A DNA stretch of 41,516 nucleotides from contig JBGPOI010000001.1 in NCBI GenBank assembly GCA_041487975.1, forward strand, positions 1 through 41,516. The letters are read 5' to 3'. The notes under the pieces are model-generated. The model did not search any database. It had not been told where the DNA came from and was given only the letters and a program-made list of their open reading frames with translations. Position 1 is the stretch's first letter; each line of letters begins with the position of its first letter. Source of the stretch: Candidatus Binatia bacterium. Lineage in GTDB: Bacteria > Desulfobacterota > Binatia > Bin18. Shown here piece by piece: positions 17,195 to 24,367 of the stretch. The translations under genes were made by a program, and so were the position numbers.

Positions 17195-18889
17195 ATGTCT
17201 ACTCGCCTGGGTGAGTTGCTAGTGCGCAAGGGGTACATCACTCCTGAGCAGTTACGCAAAGCGATCGAAGAACAGCGGGTACATGGAGGACCTCTCAATG
17301 AGCATTTGGTCAAGCTCGGGTGTTTCACCGAAGACGTCCTGCTCGCCTATTTGCAAAGAGAGTATCGCCTGTCTACCGCCGATCCCGCTAATTTGGAAAT
17401 CTCTGGCGAAGTCATTCAGTTAGTTCCGCATGCGCTGGTAACGAAGTATCACCTGATCCCAATCTCTCTGAACGGCTCCAGCCTGACTCTTGCCATGGCT
17501 GATCCCTCTAATATGGTCGCCGTGGACGAAGTCAAGTTTCTCACTGGGGCTGACATCAAGATCGTTCTGGCGACGAGTTCCTCCATCAAACGGGCAGTTG
17601 AACGGTTCTATGACCGAGCCATGAAGTACGATCACGTGCTCAATGACCTGAGGGGCCAGGAGGTGGAGGTCGTCCGGGATCAAGGCGAAATTGATCTTCA
17701 GGAGTTGGAGCGGGCCACCGAGGACGCACCGGTTGTCCGACTGGTAAACGCTATTTTCACCGATGCGCTGCGGAAGCGGGCGAGCGACATTCACATCGAG
17801 CCCTATGAGCAGATCTTTCGGGTGCGCTTTCGTATTGACGGGGTGCTGTCCGAGATCCTGCAGCCGCCGCTCGCGCTCAAGGCCGCCGTGGTTTCGCGCC
17901 TCAAGGTCATGGCTTCCCTTGATATTGCCGAGCGCCGCTTGCCCCAGGATGGTCGCATCAAGATCAAATTGGGCCCAGCTGATGCGATGGATATCCGCGT
18001 CTCTGTATTGCCCACCTTGTTCGGCGAAAAGATCGTCATGCGTCTTCTCGACAAATCCCAGTTGCAAACCGATATGCTGAAGCTGGGATTTGAAGAACAG
18101 GCGCTCAAGGACTTTAAGGAAGGGATTTATAGACCCTATGGGATGGTGTTGGTCACCGGCCCCACGGGGTCTGGGAAGACCACAACATTGTACTCAGCTC
18201 TGTCCGAACTGAATAAGATTACCACGAACATCTCGACTGCCGAGGATCCGGTGGAATTCAACCTTCCCGGTATCAATCAGGTCCTGGTCAATGAAGACAT
18301 CGGTTTGACGTTCGCCGCCGCTCTCCGCGCTTTCCTGCGCCAGGATCCGGACATCATCATGGTGGGCGAGATCCGCGACCGCGAGACCGCTGAGATCGGC
18401 GTCAAAGCGGCGCTCACCGGCCATTTGGTCCTCTCTACCGTACACACGAACGATGCCCCTTCCACGATCAACCGGCTACTCAACATGGGGGTCGCACCCT
18501 TTCTCGTCGCCTCCTCAGTCAACCTGATTGTGGCTCAGCGTCTTGCCCGGAGAATCTGCTCCAGGTGTAAGGTCGATCAGCCGATCACGCCCCAAGCGCT
18601 GCTCGATCTGGGGGTGCCTCCGGAAGAGACGAAGACGTATGATTGCAAGCATGGTCTTGGCTGCCCTGATTGTGGAGGCTCCGGTTATCGTGGCCGCGTG
18701 GCTCTCTACGAGGTCATGCCGCTGTATGAAGAGATCCGAGAACTGGTGCTCTCTGGCGCCTCAACCCCGGAAATTAAACGCGCGGCCATGAGCCGGGGAG
18801 TGAAGACGCTACGCCAGAGTGGGCTCAGCAAAGTGCGCGAGGGCGTTACCACCCTTGAAGAGGTGATGCGAGTGACGATGGCTGATTAG
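17195..18889 (+). CDS. pilB: Type IV pilus assembly ATPase PilB (GspE family) with an MshEN-type N-terminal domain
   Basis: Walker A (GPTGSGKTTT), Walker B/Asp box (DPDIIMVGEIRD), His box (TGHLVLSTVHTNDA) and a tetracysteine motif (CSRCK...CPDCGGSG). The N-terminus is RLGELLVRKGYITPEQLRKAIEEQ. AAAGGAGA RBS before ATG 17195. Confidence 0.95.
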   Translation: MSTRLGELLVRKGYITPEQLRKAIEEQRVHGGPLNEHLVKLGCFTEDVLLAYLQREYRLSTADPANLEISGEVIQLVPHALVTKYHLIPISLNGSSLTLAMADPSNMVAVDEVKFLTGADIKIVLATSSSIKRAVERFYDRAMKYDHVLNDLRGQEVEVVRDQGEIDLQELERATEDAPVVRLVNAIFTDALRKRASDIHIEPYEQIFRVRFRIDGVLSEILQPPLALKAAVVSRLKVMASLDIAERRLPQDGRIKIKLGPADAMDIRVSVLPTLFGEKIVMRLLDKSQLQTDMLKLGFEEQALKDFKEGIYRPYGMVLVTGPTGSGKTTTLYSALSELNKITTNISTAEDPVEFNLPGINQVLVNEDIGLTFAAALRAFLRQDPDIIMVGEIRDRETAEIGVKAALTGHLVLSTVHTNDAPSTINRLLNMGVAPFLVASSVNLIVAQRLARRICSRCKVDQPITPQALLDLGVPPEETKTYDCKHGLGCPDCGGSGYRGRVALYEVMPLYEEIRELVLSGASTPEIKRAAMSRGVKTLRQSGLSKVREGVTTLEEVMRVTMAD

Positions 18890-18927
18890 TGCTCTGTCAA
18901 CATGATTTTGATACATCCACTACCGTC

Positions 18928-18993
18928 ATGCCCGCGCAGGCGGGCATCCGGAAACCCTGCCCCGTCGCCCTGGATTCCCGCTTTCGCGGGAAT
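18928..18993. repeat. Two short perfect hairpin modules (A: ATGCCCGC-gcag-GCGGGCAT; B: ATTCCCGC-tttc-GCGGGAAT)
   Basis: Module A is at 18928-18947 and module B at 18974-18993. Both recur inverted and in swapped order at 22688-22731. Confidence 0.85.
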
Positions 18994-19032
18994 GACGCAG
19001 CAACTGCCTATGAATGTGTCTCAATCCCGCCC

Positions 19033-19106
19033 GTAGGGGCGAATCTTGTATTCGCCCTGCTGCTGGCGGCCTGTGTGTGCTGGGCGATCACAAGGATCGC
19101 CCCTAC
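19033..19106. repeat. REPIN-like inverted doublet of GTAG-headed palindromic units
   Basis: GTAGGGGCGAAT-cttgt-ATTCGCCC (19033-19057) faces GGGCGATC-acaag-GATCGCCCCTAC (19082-19106). Confidence 0.8.
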
Positions 19107-19229
19107 AAGCGTACCACCCAAGGGACACGTGCAATTGAAATCTGCTGTAGTATCCCCTAAAGGTCAGGGATGCGCCTGCCGATATAATACGAGCAGTAGA
19201 ACGTCATCACAATATCTTGAGGCAAGAGC

Positions 19230-20450
19230 ATGGCGATCTTTCGTTGGCAAGGGATCGGTTCCCGCGGAGAAACGATTCAAGGAGAGATGGAGGCGACTAC
19301 GCGTGAGGCGGTGATCTCGCGTCTGCGGAATCAGCGTATCAGGGCGCTCCCAGATCGTATCCGTGAAAAAGGCAAAGGATTCGACAGGGAGATCAAGATC
19401 CCGGGATTCGGCGAGAAAGTCAAGCCGAAGGACGTCATGATCTTCACCCGCCAGCTTGCCACCATGATCGATGCCGGCCTGCCCATCGTGCAGGGACTCG
19501 ATATCCTTGCCCAGCAGACCCCTAACAAAACGTTCGCCAAGATCATCAGACAGGTCAAACAAGACGTGGAAAGCGGCTCGACATTCGCGGAATCCTTGAA
19601 GAAGCATCCCAAGGTGTTCGACGACTTGTACACCAACATGGTAGCCGCTGGAGAGGCCGGCGGAATCCTCGATAACATCCTGACCCGTCTGACCCAGTAC
19701 ATAGAAAAGTCCGTCAAGCTGAAGTCCAAGATCAAGGGGGCCATGATCTACCCCGCCAGCATCGTCATCGTGGCTGTAGGAGTAACCGCCATTTTGCTCA
19801 TCTACGTGATCCCGGTCTTTGCCGACATGTTCTCCAGCTTCGGCAAGGCGCTACCCCTACCCACACAAATTGCCATCAATCTCAGCTATATCACGATCGC
19901 TTATTTTCATTATATTATCGCCGCGGCGATCAGTGCTGTCTTCGGCCTACGGATGAGCTATCGTACCGAGAAAGGTCGGTTTGCCATCGATGGCATGATA
20001 CTCAAGCTCCCCATCTTCGGCGACCTTTTTCGCAAGACCGCGGTGGCACGCTTCACGCGCACTCTCAGCACTTTGCTCTCGTCCGGGGTGCCGGTACTCG
20101 ACGCCCTCCTCATTACTGGCAGAACGGCCGGCAACAAAGTGGTCGAGAAGGCGGTATTTGATGCGCGTCAGAGCATCAGTGAAGGGAAGACTCTCTCTAC
20201 CCCTCTCGCGGAAAGTCGGATATTCCCTTCGATGGTGTGCCAAATGATCAACGTCGGCGAGACCACCGGCGCGCTTGACTCCATGCTCATCAAGATCGCC
20301 GACTTCTATGACGAAGAGGTGGACAACGCCGTCGCCAATCTTACCGCCTTGATGGAACCAGTGGTGATAGTATTCCTCGGTGTTGTTATTGGTGGCCTGG
20401 TGATTTCGATGTACTTGCCGATCTTCAAACTCGGCTCCGTCCTGTCATAA
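19230..20450 (+). CDS. pilC: Type IV pilus inner-membrane platform protein PilC (GspF family)
   Basis: Two GspF repeats (AAGEAGGILDNIL and VGETTGALDSML) and three TM segments; 406 aa. Confidence 0.95.
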   Translation: MAIFRWQGIGSRGETIQGEMEATTREAVISRLRNQRIRALPDRIREKGKGFDREIKIPGFGEKVKPKDVMIFTRQLATMIDAGLPIVQGLDILAQQTPNKTFAKIIRQVKQDVESGSTFAESLKKHPKVFDDLYTNMVAAGEAGGILDNILTRLTQYIEKSVKLKSKIKGAMIYPASIVIVAVGVTAILLIYVIPVFADMFSSFGKALPLPTQIAINLSYITIAYFHYIIAAAISAVFGLRMSYRTEKGRFAIDGMILKLPIFGDLFRKTAVARFTRTLSTLLSSGVPVLDALLITGRTAGNKVVEKAVFDARQSISEGKTLSTPLAESRIFPSMVCQMINVGETTGALDSMLIKIADFYDEEVDNAVANLTALMEPVVIVFLGVVIGGLVISMYLPIFKLGSVLS

Positions 20451-20459
20451 GGAACCGTT

Positions 20460-22472
20460 ATGCTGGAAGCTGAGAACGACTTGCGTCGGCGGTTGGAGTG
20501 GTTCCTGCTGCTGCGAGTAGGGATCACGACGGGCCTGCTCGGCACGTCAGTTTGGCTCTATTACTACTCGTTCGGCGGGGTTGACACGTCGTCCGGCAGG
20601 GTCGTGCTGAGCGCGATCGCCGTCATCTACTTCATCTCTTTGTCATCCGCCCTTCTCCTTTCCCGGGTGCGCGATCTGACGCTGTTCGCGTACGGGCAGG
20701 TCGTCCTCGACACCTTGTTTATTACCGGCATTGTGCTGCTCACGGGCGGGCTCGATAGTCCCTTCTCCTTTTTTTACAACCTGTCCATCCTGAACGCCGC
20801 GTTCCTGTTGTACCGGCATGGCGCGCTGGTGGCCGCGTCTTTGGCCGCTCTCTGTTACGGGGGCACTATCGATCTCCTGTATTATCGGATCCTCCCGCCC
20901 ACGGGATTCATGCCGCTCTCATTCCTGGGTACGAGTTCTGCTCCCAATATGCAGCTCACTATCAGATTGGTGGTGAATTTATCCTCGTTCTATGTCATCG
21001 CGTTCCTCGGCAGTTACCTCACACAGCGGCTCTCAAAGGCTGAAACCCTGCTCGCCGAACGGGATGTGGCGCTCGGCCGTCTCTCCTCGCTCTATCAAGG
21101 TGTGATAAAAACCCTGGATAAGGGTGTCTTGATCGCCGATGCCAACGGCATCATCGAATATGCCAACGGCTCTATAGCGGAGATCGTCGGCTCTACGCCG
21201 AGCGCACTGACCGGGCAACTGGTGGACGACATTCTCCCTGAACTGGATCTGAGCCAACCCAGCTATACACCGCTCGAGTTTACCTTCCAGAGAGAGGACA
21301 GCAACACTGAACGAACCTTGCGCGCTACTCTTTCACCCCTGAACGACACCTACGGCAACCGCTTTGGCGCGCTGTACAGCGTGCAGGACGTGACCAGCGT
21401 CAAGGAGATGGAACGCGGCTTGCGAGAAGCCGAAGAACTGGAACGCGCGACCGTCCTGGAAGGACCGGTGGAACTCGACTCGTTCGCCGGTCTGATCGGG
21501 CGAAGCGAGGCCATGCGTAAGGTGTATCGGGTTATCACCAAGGTTGCTGAATGCACCACCACCGTGCTGATCACCGGTGAGAGCGGTACGGGCAAAGAGC
21601 TGGTCGCGCGCGCGATCCACGACAAAGGTCCACGCGCCGCGCGCCCCTTTGTGCCGGTCAACTGCGGCGCCATCCCGGCTGCTTTAATGGAGAGCGAGAT
21701 ATTCGGTCATGTCAAAGGCGCCTTCACCGGCGCGGTGAGTGACCGGACCGGACTGTTTCGTCAAGCCGATGGCGGCACCTTGTTTCTCGACGAGGTCGGC
21801 GAACTGCCGTTGACGCTCCAGGTCAAACTCCTGCGTGTGTTGCAAGATCATGAGGTCGTCCCGGTCGGCGGGAGCAAGGGAGCCCGGGTGGATGTCCGCG
21901 TGCTGGCGGCAACCAATAAAAACCTGGAAAAGGAAGTCGCCGCCGGGCGCTTCCGCGAGGATCTCTTTTACCGTCTCAATGTCATTCGTATTGCCTTGCC
22001 GCCGCTGCGTGAGCGCGAGGGCGACCTCCCCCTTTTACTCCGTCAGCTCATCAACCGTTTTGCCGAAGCGAACGGCAAGATCATCGACAAGATCTCGCCG
22101 TTGGCCATGCGCGCGCTCCTCGACTACCCCTACCCCGGCAACATCCGCGAGTTGGAAAACGTGATCCAACTGGCTGTGACGATGGCGGAAGCAGAGACGA
22201 TTCAGCTCGCTGACCTGCCTGCCCGTCTGCAGCAAGACTCGGCTCAGTTCCGTCCTGATTTGTCTGTTGCCGGGAGCCCGCAAAGTCAAAGCGCCGATCC
22301 CGACTTCTTCAGCAAAGGGGTCAGCCTCGATGCCGAACTAGAGGCCTACGAGCAGAACATTCTGCGCGCAGCCCTGGAAAAATCCGGCGGGATCCAGAAA
22401 AAGGCGGCCGAGTTCCTCGGCATCAACTACCGCTCATTGCGACACCGCCTGCAGAAATACAACCTCTCCTGA
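20460..22472 (+). CDS. Membrane-anchored sigma54-dependent activator: PilS-like 6-TM sensor + PAS + AAA+ (GAFTGA) + Fis-type HTH, with no HisKA/HATPase and no receiver domain
   Basis: Residues 1-200 contain six hydrophobic helices. A PAS-like segment follows (GVLIADANGIIEYANGSIAEIVG). The sigma54-interaction domain has GESGTGKELVARAIH, ESEIFGHVKGAFTGA and GGTLFLDEVGEL. The C-terminal HTH reads KKAAEFLGINYRSLRHRLQKY. The gene occupies the pilS-pilR position between pilC and the pilin genes. Confidence 0.85.
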   Translation: MLEAENDLRRRLEWFLLLRVGITTGLLGTSVWLYYYSFGGVDTSSGRVVLSAIAVIYFISLSSALLLSRVRDLTLFAYGQVVLDTLFITGIVLLTGGLDSPFSFFYNLSILNAAFLLYRHGALVAASLAALCYGGTIDLLYYRILPPTGFMPLSFLGTSSAPNMQLTIRLVVNLSSFYVIAFLGSYLTQRLSKAETLLAERDVALGRLSSLYQGVIKTLDKGVLIADANGIIEYANGSIAEIVGSTPSALTGQLVDDILPELDLSQPSYTPLEFTFQREDSNTERTLRATLSPLNDTYGNRFGALYSVQDVTSVKEMERGLREAEELERATVLEGPVELDSFAGLIGRSEAMRKVYRVITKVAECTTTVLITGESGTGKELVARAIHDKGPRAARPFVPVNCGAIPAALMESEIFGHVKGAFTGAVSDRTGLFRQADGGTLFLDEVGELPLTLQVKLLRVLQDHEVVPVGGSKGARVDVRVLAATNKNLEKEVAAGRFREDLFYRLNVIRIALPPLREREGDLPLLLRQLINRFAEANGKIIDKISPLAMRALLDYPYPGNIRELENVIQLAVTMAEAETIQLADLPARLQQDSAQFRPDLSVAGSPQSQSADPDFFSKGVSLDAELEAYEQNILRAALEKSGGIQKKAAEFLGINYRSLRHRLQKYNLS

Positions 22473-22504
22473 AGGCCTTACCTGGCGGTACAGCTCCTCA
22501 AACG

Positions 22505-22524
22505 CTCGGCGATCAATCGCCGAG
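22505..22524 (+). terminator. Hairpin after the activator gene (weak terminator candidate)
   Basis: CTCGGCGA-tcaa-TCGCCGAG, a perfect 8-bp stem 32 nt after the stop. No U-tract follows. Confidence 0.3.
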
Positions 22525-22600
22525 CTACACAACAGCGCTCTCTTAGAGCAGTTTGCAATTGCGTCTACCCTATCAGCAGGCACTGGCGTCGACCCTGGTG

Positions 22601-22642
22601 GCGCAGGCCGCTGGCCTGCGTGCGCAGCCGAGCCGGTTGCGC
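22601..22642. repeat. Hairpin modules D (GCGCAGGCC-gct-GGCCTGCG) and E (GCGCAGCCG-agc-CGGTTGCGC)
   Basis: The two modules are adjacent here and recur at 24263-24331 in the order E...D. Confidence 0.85.
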
Positions 22643-22687
22643 CACTACAGCTTCACGGAGAGAACCCAGCTTCCCCTTTCCCCTGAA

Positions 22688-22731
22688 TGCCCGCCTGCGC
22701 GGGCAGACGTCATTCCCGCGAAAGCGGGAAT
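22688..22731. repeat. Second copies of hairpin modules A and B
   Basis: TGCCCGC-ctgc-GCGGGCA (22688-22705) and ATTCCCGC-gaaa-GCGGGAAT (22712-22731). Both loops are reverse complements of the 18928-18993 copies. Confidence 0.85.
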
Positions 22732-22739
22732 CTAGAGCC

Positions 22740-22788
22740 GTAGGGGCACATGGCCAGTGGAAAAGCCAGGCCGAAGCCATGCCCCTAC
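22740..22788. repeat. REPIN-like inverted doublet
   Basis: GTAGGGGCACATGGC ... GCCATGCCCCTAC, with GTAGGGG/CCCCTAC heads on the outside. Confidence 0.75.
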
Positions 22789-22861
22789 CTGGCATGCACA
22801 GAAAATAGCAGCGTGCAGGGGAGACGTGCGCACAGCGCACGCTACGCTTCTTGTGGGTGCC

Positions 22862-22969
22862 GTTTTGTAGGGGCTTGATTCATCAAGCCCTTTGGCGGGT
22901 CCGATGAATCGGACCCCTACACCTTCCGGAACGCGAATCCCTGTGCTGGAGTCAAACTGAACCACTACC
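22862..22969. repeat. 108-bp repeat, left copy (IR-L), containing a GTAGGGG...CCCCTAC doublet (22867-22920)
   Basis: My by-eye alignment to the reverse complement of 25774-25881 gives 101/108 identical positions, with the first 60 nt identical. Confidence 0.9.
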
Positions 22970-23031
22970 AGGAAGGCAGAGGCGCTGACTCTTGCCAAAC
23001 CGTCAAAGGATTAACAGCCAGGGACCGTAAT

Positions 23032-23084
23032 TTGTCATCATGGACGTTTCCGGCTCGTACGACAAAATTTTGCTCCGTTGTCAT
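23032..23084 (+). promoter_or_regulatory. Candidate enhancer (UAS) for the sigma54 activator: repeated TTGTCAT / TGTC motifs
   Basis: TTGTCAT occurs at 23032-23038 and 23078-23084, and GACA at 23061-23064. These lie 70-120 nt upstream of the -24/-12 promoter. An A/T-rich tract (23101-23150) follows and could bend DNA (IHF-like AATCATTTAATTT). Confidence 0.3.
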
Positions 23085-23151
23085 ATTCAGTTAAGCTGTT
23101 GAAATCATTTAATTTTCATCTTTTTTTCTGCGAGCGAAAAATTTTCCACTT

Positions 23152-23167
23152 TGGCACGCGCATTGCT
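23152..23167 (+). promoter_or_regulatory. sigma54 (-24/-12) promoter for the pilin genes
   Basis: TGGCAC-gcgca-TTGCT matches the TGGCAC-N5-TTGC(A/T) consensus exactly. It lies about 165 nt upstream of the pilin ATG. Confidence 0.8.
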
Positions 23168-23329
23168 CTTTCATCTGGCCAACAAAACCGACTTCCAGCG
23201 CGGCAACGCGCAAGCAAAATAAAGAAGAAAAGGAGGAAGCAGACCTCAAAAAAGAGCACGGTCGAGACGGGCACCAGTCGGCAACGAGGCGTATCCCCTT
23301 AACCCTAACCCTTGAAGGAGGAACATCGC

Positions 23330-23698
23330 ATGATTCGTAAGAATGAAAAAGGTTTCACCCTGATTGAGCTACTGGTCGTGATCGCCATCATCGGCATCCT
23401 GGCCGCCATCGCTATTCCGCAGTTCGCTGCGTATCGTAACACCGCGTTTTGTTCTCGACTCGAGTCCGACGTCACCAACGCCATGATCGCGGCAGAAGGC
23501 TACTATGCCCAGAATCAAACGTACCCGGCTGATACCACGGCGGCCAACTTCACCCCGAGTGGCACAGGAACAGAACAAAACTCAATCTCATTTGATGTGG
23601 GTCCCCCCTTTAAGGTCACTGGGACTGACGGTAGCGCAAATTGTCCCAAGGGCACTACCCTCACGTTTGCACAGGGCGGGTCACCAACGTATCCATAG
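23330..23698 (+). CDS. pilA: Type IVa pilin (probable major pilin)
   Basis: Class III signal MIRKNEKG|FTLIELLVVIAIIGILAAIAIPQF with Glu at mature position 5. GAAGGAGGA RBS 7 nt before ATG 23330. Two Cys residues in the globular part. Confidence 0.93.
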   Translation: MIRKNEKGFTLIELLVVIAIIGILAAIAIPQFAAYRNTAFCSRLESDVTNAMIAAEGYYAQNQTYPADTTAANFTPSGTGTEQNSISFDVGPPFKVTGTDGSANCPKGTTLTFAQGGSPTYP

Positions 23699-23749
23699 TC
23701 TTCTTGCACCCATTCAGCAGCCGGTATGGTTCTTATCGTGTTAAGGCTA

Positions 23750-23777
23750 CCCACCGGGCCGAGAGAGGCCCGGTGGG
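23750..23777 (+). terminator. Hairpin between the two pilin genes (terminator/attenuator)
   Basis: CCCACCGGGCC-gagaga-GGCCCGGTGGG, a perfect 11-bp GC-rich stem, followed by CTATTCTT. Confidence 0.6.
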
Positions 23778-23803
23778 CTATTCTTAAGGAAAAAGAAAAG
23801 AAG

Positions 23804-24151
23804 ATGAGCAGCCGAGGCTTTACTCTGATTGAATTGTTGGTTGTGATTGCCATCCTGGGCATCTTGGCTGCCGTGGCGATCCCCCAGTTCAGCCAATACA
23901 GGGGCACAGCCTACTGCGCACAGATCACCTCCGAGGCTTCCCACGCCTTTACGGCCATGGAAGCGTACTATACGCAGCACTTAACCTATGGTTCTCTGTC
24001 TGATACCAACTTTACTCCCACCAAGGACATCAGCGTAGTCATCACCAGCAAAGATCCCCTCATCGTGCAAGCCTCCGATGATAAAGACCGCTGCCCGTCG
24101 GGCACCATCTACACCCTCGATCAACACCGAGGAAGAGGGACATGGAGCTAA
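23804..24151 (+). CDS. Type IVa pilin paralog
   Basis: Signal MSSRG|FTLIELLVVIAILGILAAVAIPQF. Shares YY-x-Q-x-x-TY, NFTP and CP-x-GT motifs with the upstream pilin. Confidence 0.9.
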   Translation: MSSRGFTLIELLVVIAILGILAAVAIPQFSQYRGTAYCAQITSEASHAFTAMEAYYTQHLTYGSLSDTNFTPTKDISVVITSKDPLIVQASDDKDRCPSGTIYTLDQHRGRGTWS

Positions 24152-24262
24152 ATCCACAGGCGGCAAGCCTCCGCTTGTAGAACTGATCTTCCCTCTTTTA
24201 CTGTCTTCCCTGGTCGGTCTTATACCAAATCCCGAAAGATAGTTTTCTTTACCACCGGCCAC

Positions 24263-24331
24263 GCGCAGCCGAGCCGGCTGCGCCACCTGCTACCTGCTTG
24301 GCTTTTAGTGGCACAGGCCGCTGGCCTGTGC
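24263..24331. repeat. Hairpin modules E (GCGCAGCCG-agc-CGGCTGCGC) and D (GCACAGGCC-gct-GGCCTGTGC)
   Basis: Second copies of the 22601-22642 modules, in swapped order with a 27-nt spacer. Module D carries a compensatory G>A / C>T pair. Confidence 0.85.
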
Positions 24332-24367
24332 TGAGGTGAAGCCACACTCTCAAAAGGGGAGTTGGTC

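Noticed and set aside
18889-19314. 141-aa ORF between pilB and pilC. Related ORFs are 22553..22735, 22565..22840, 22620..22808 and 22732..22998.
   Set aside because: These are read straight through the palindromic repeat units, giving peptides such as MPAQAGI, SRFRGND, VGANLVFAL and GLDESSPYK. They lack an RBS and overlap one another on both strands, so they are repeat-derived artefacts.
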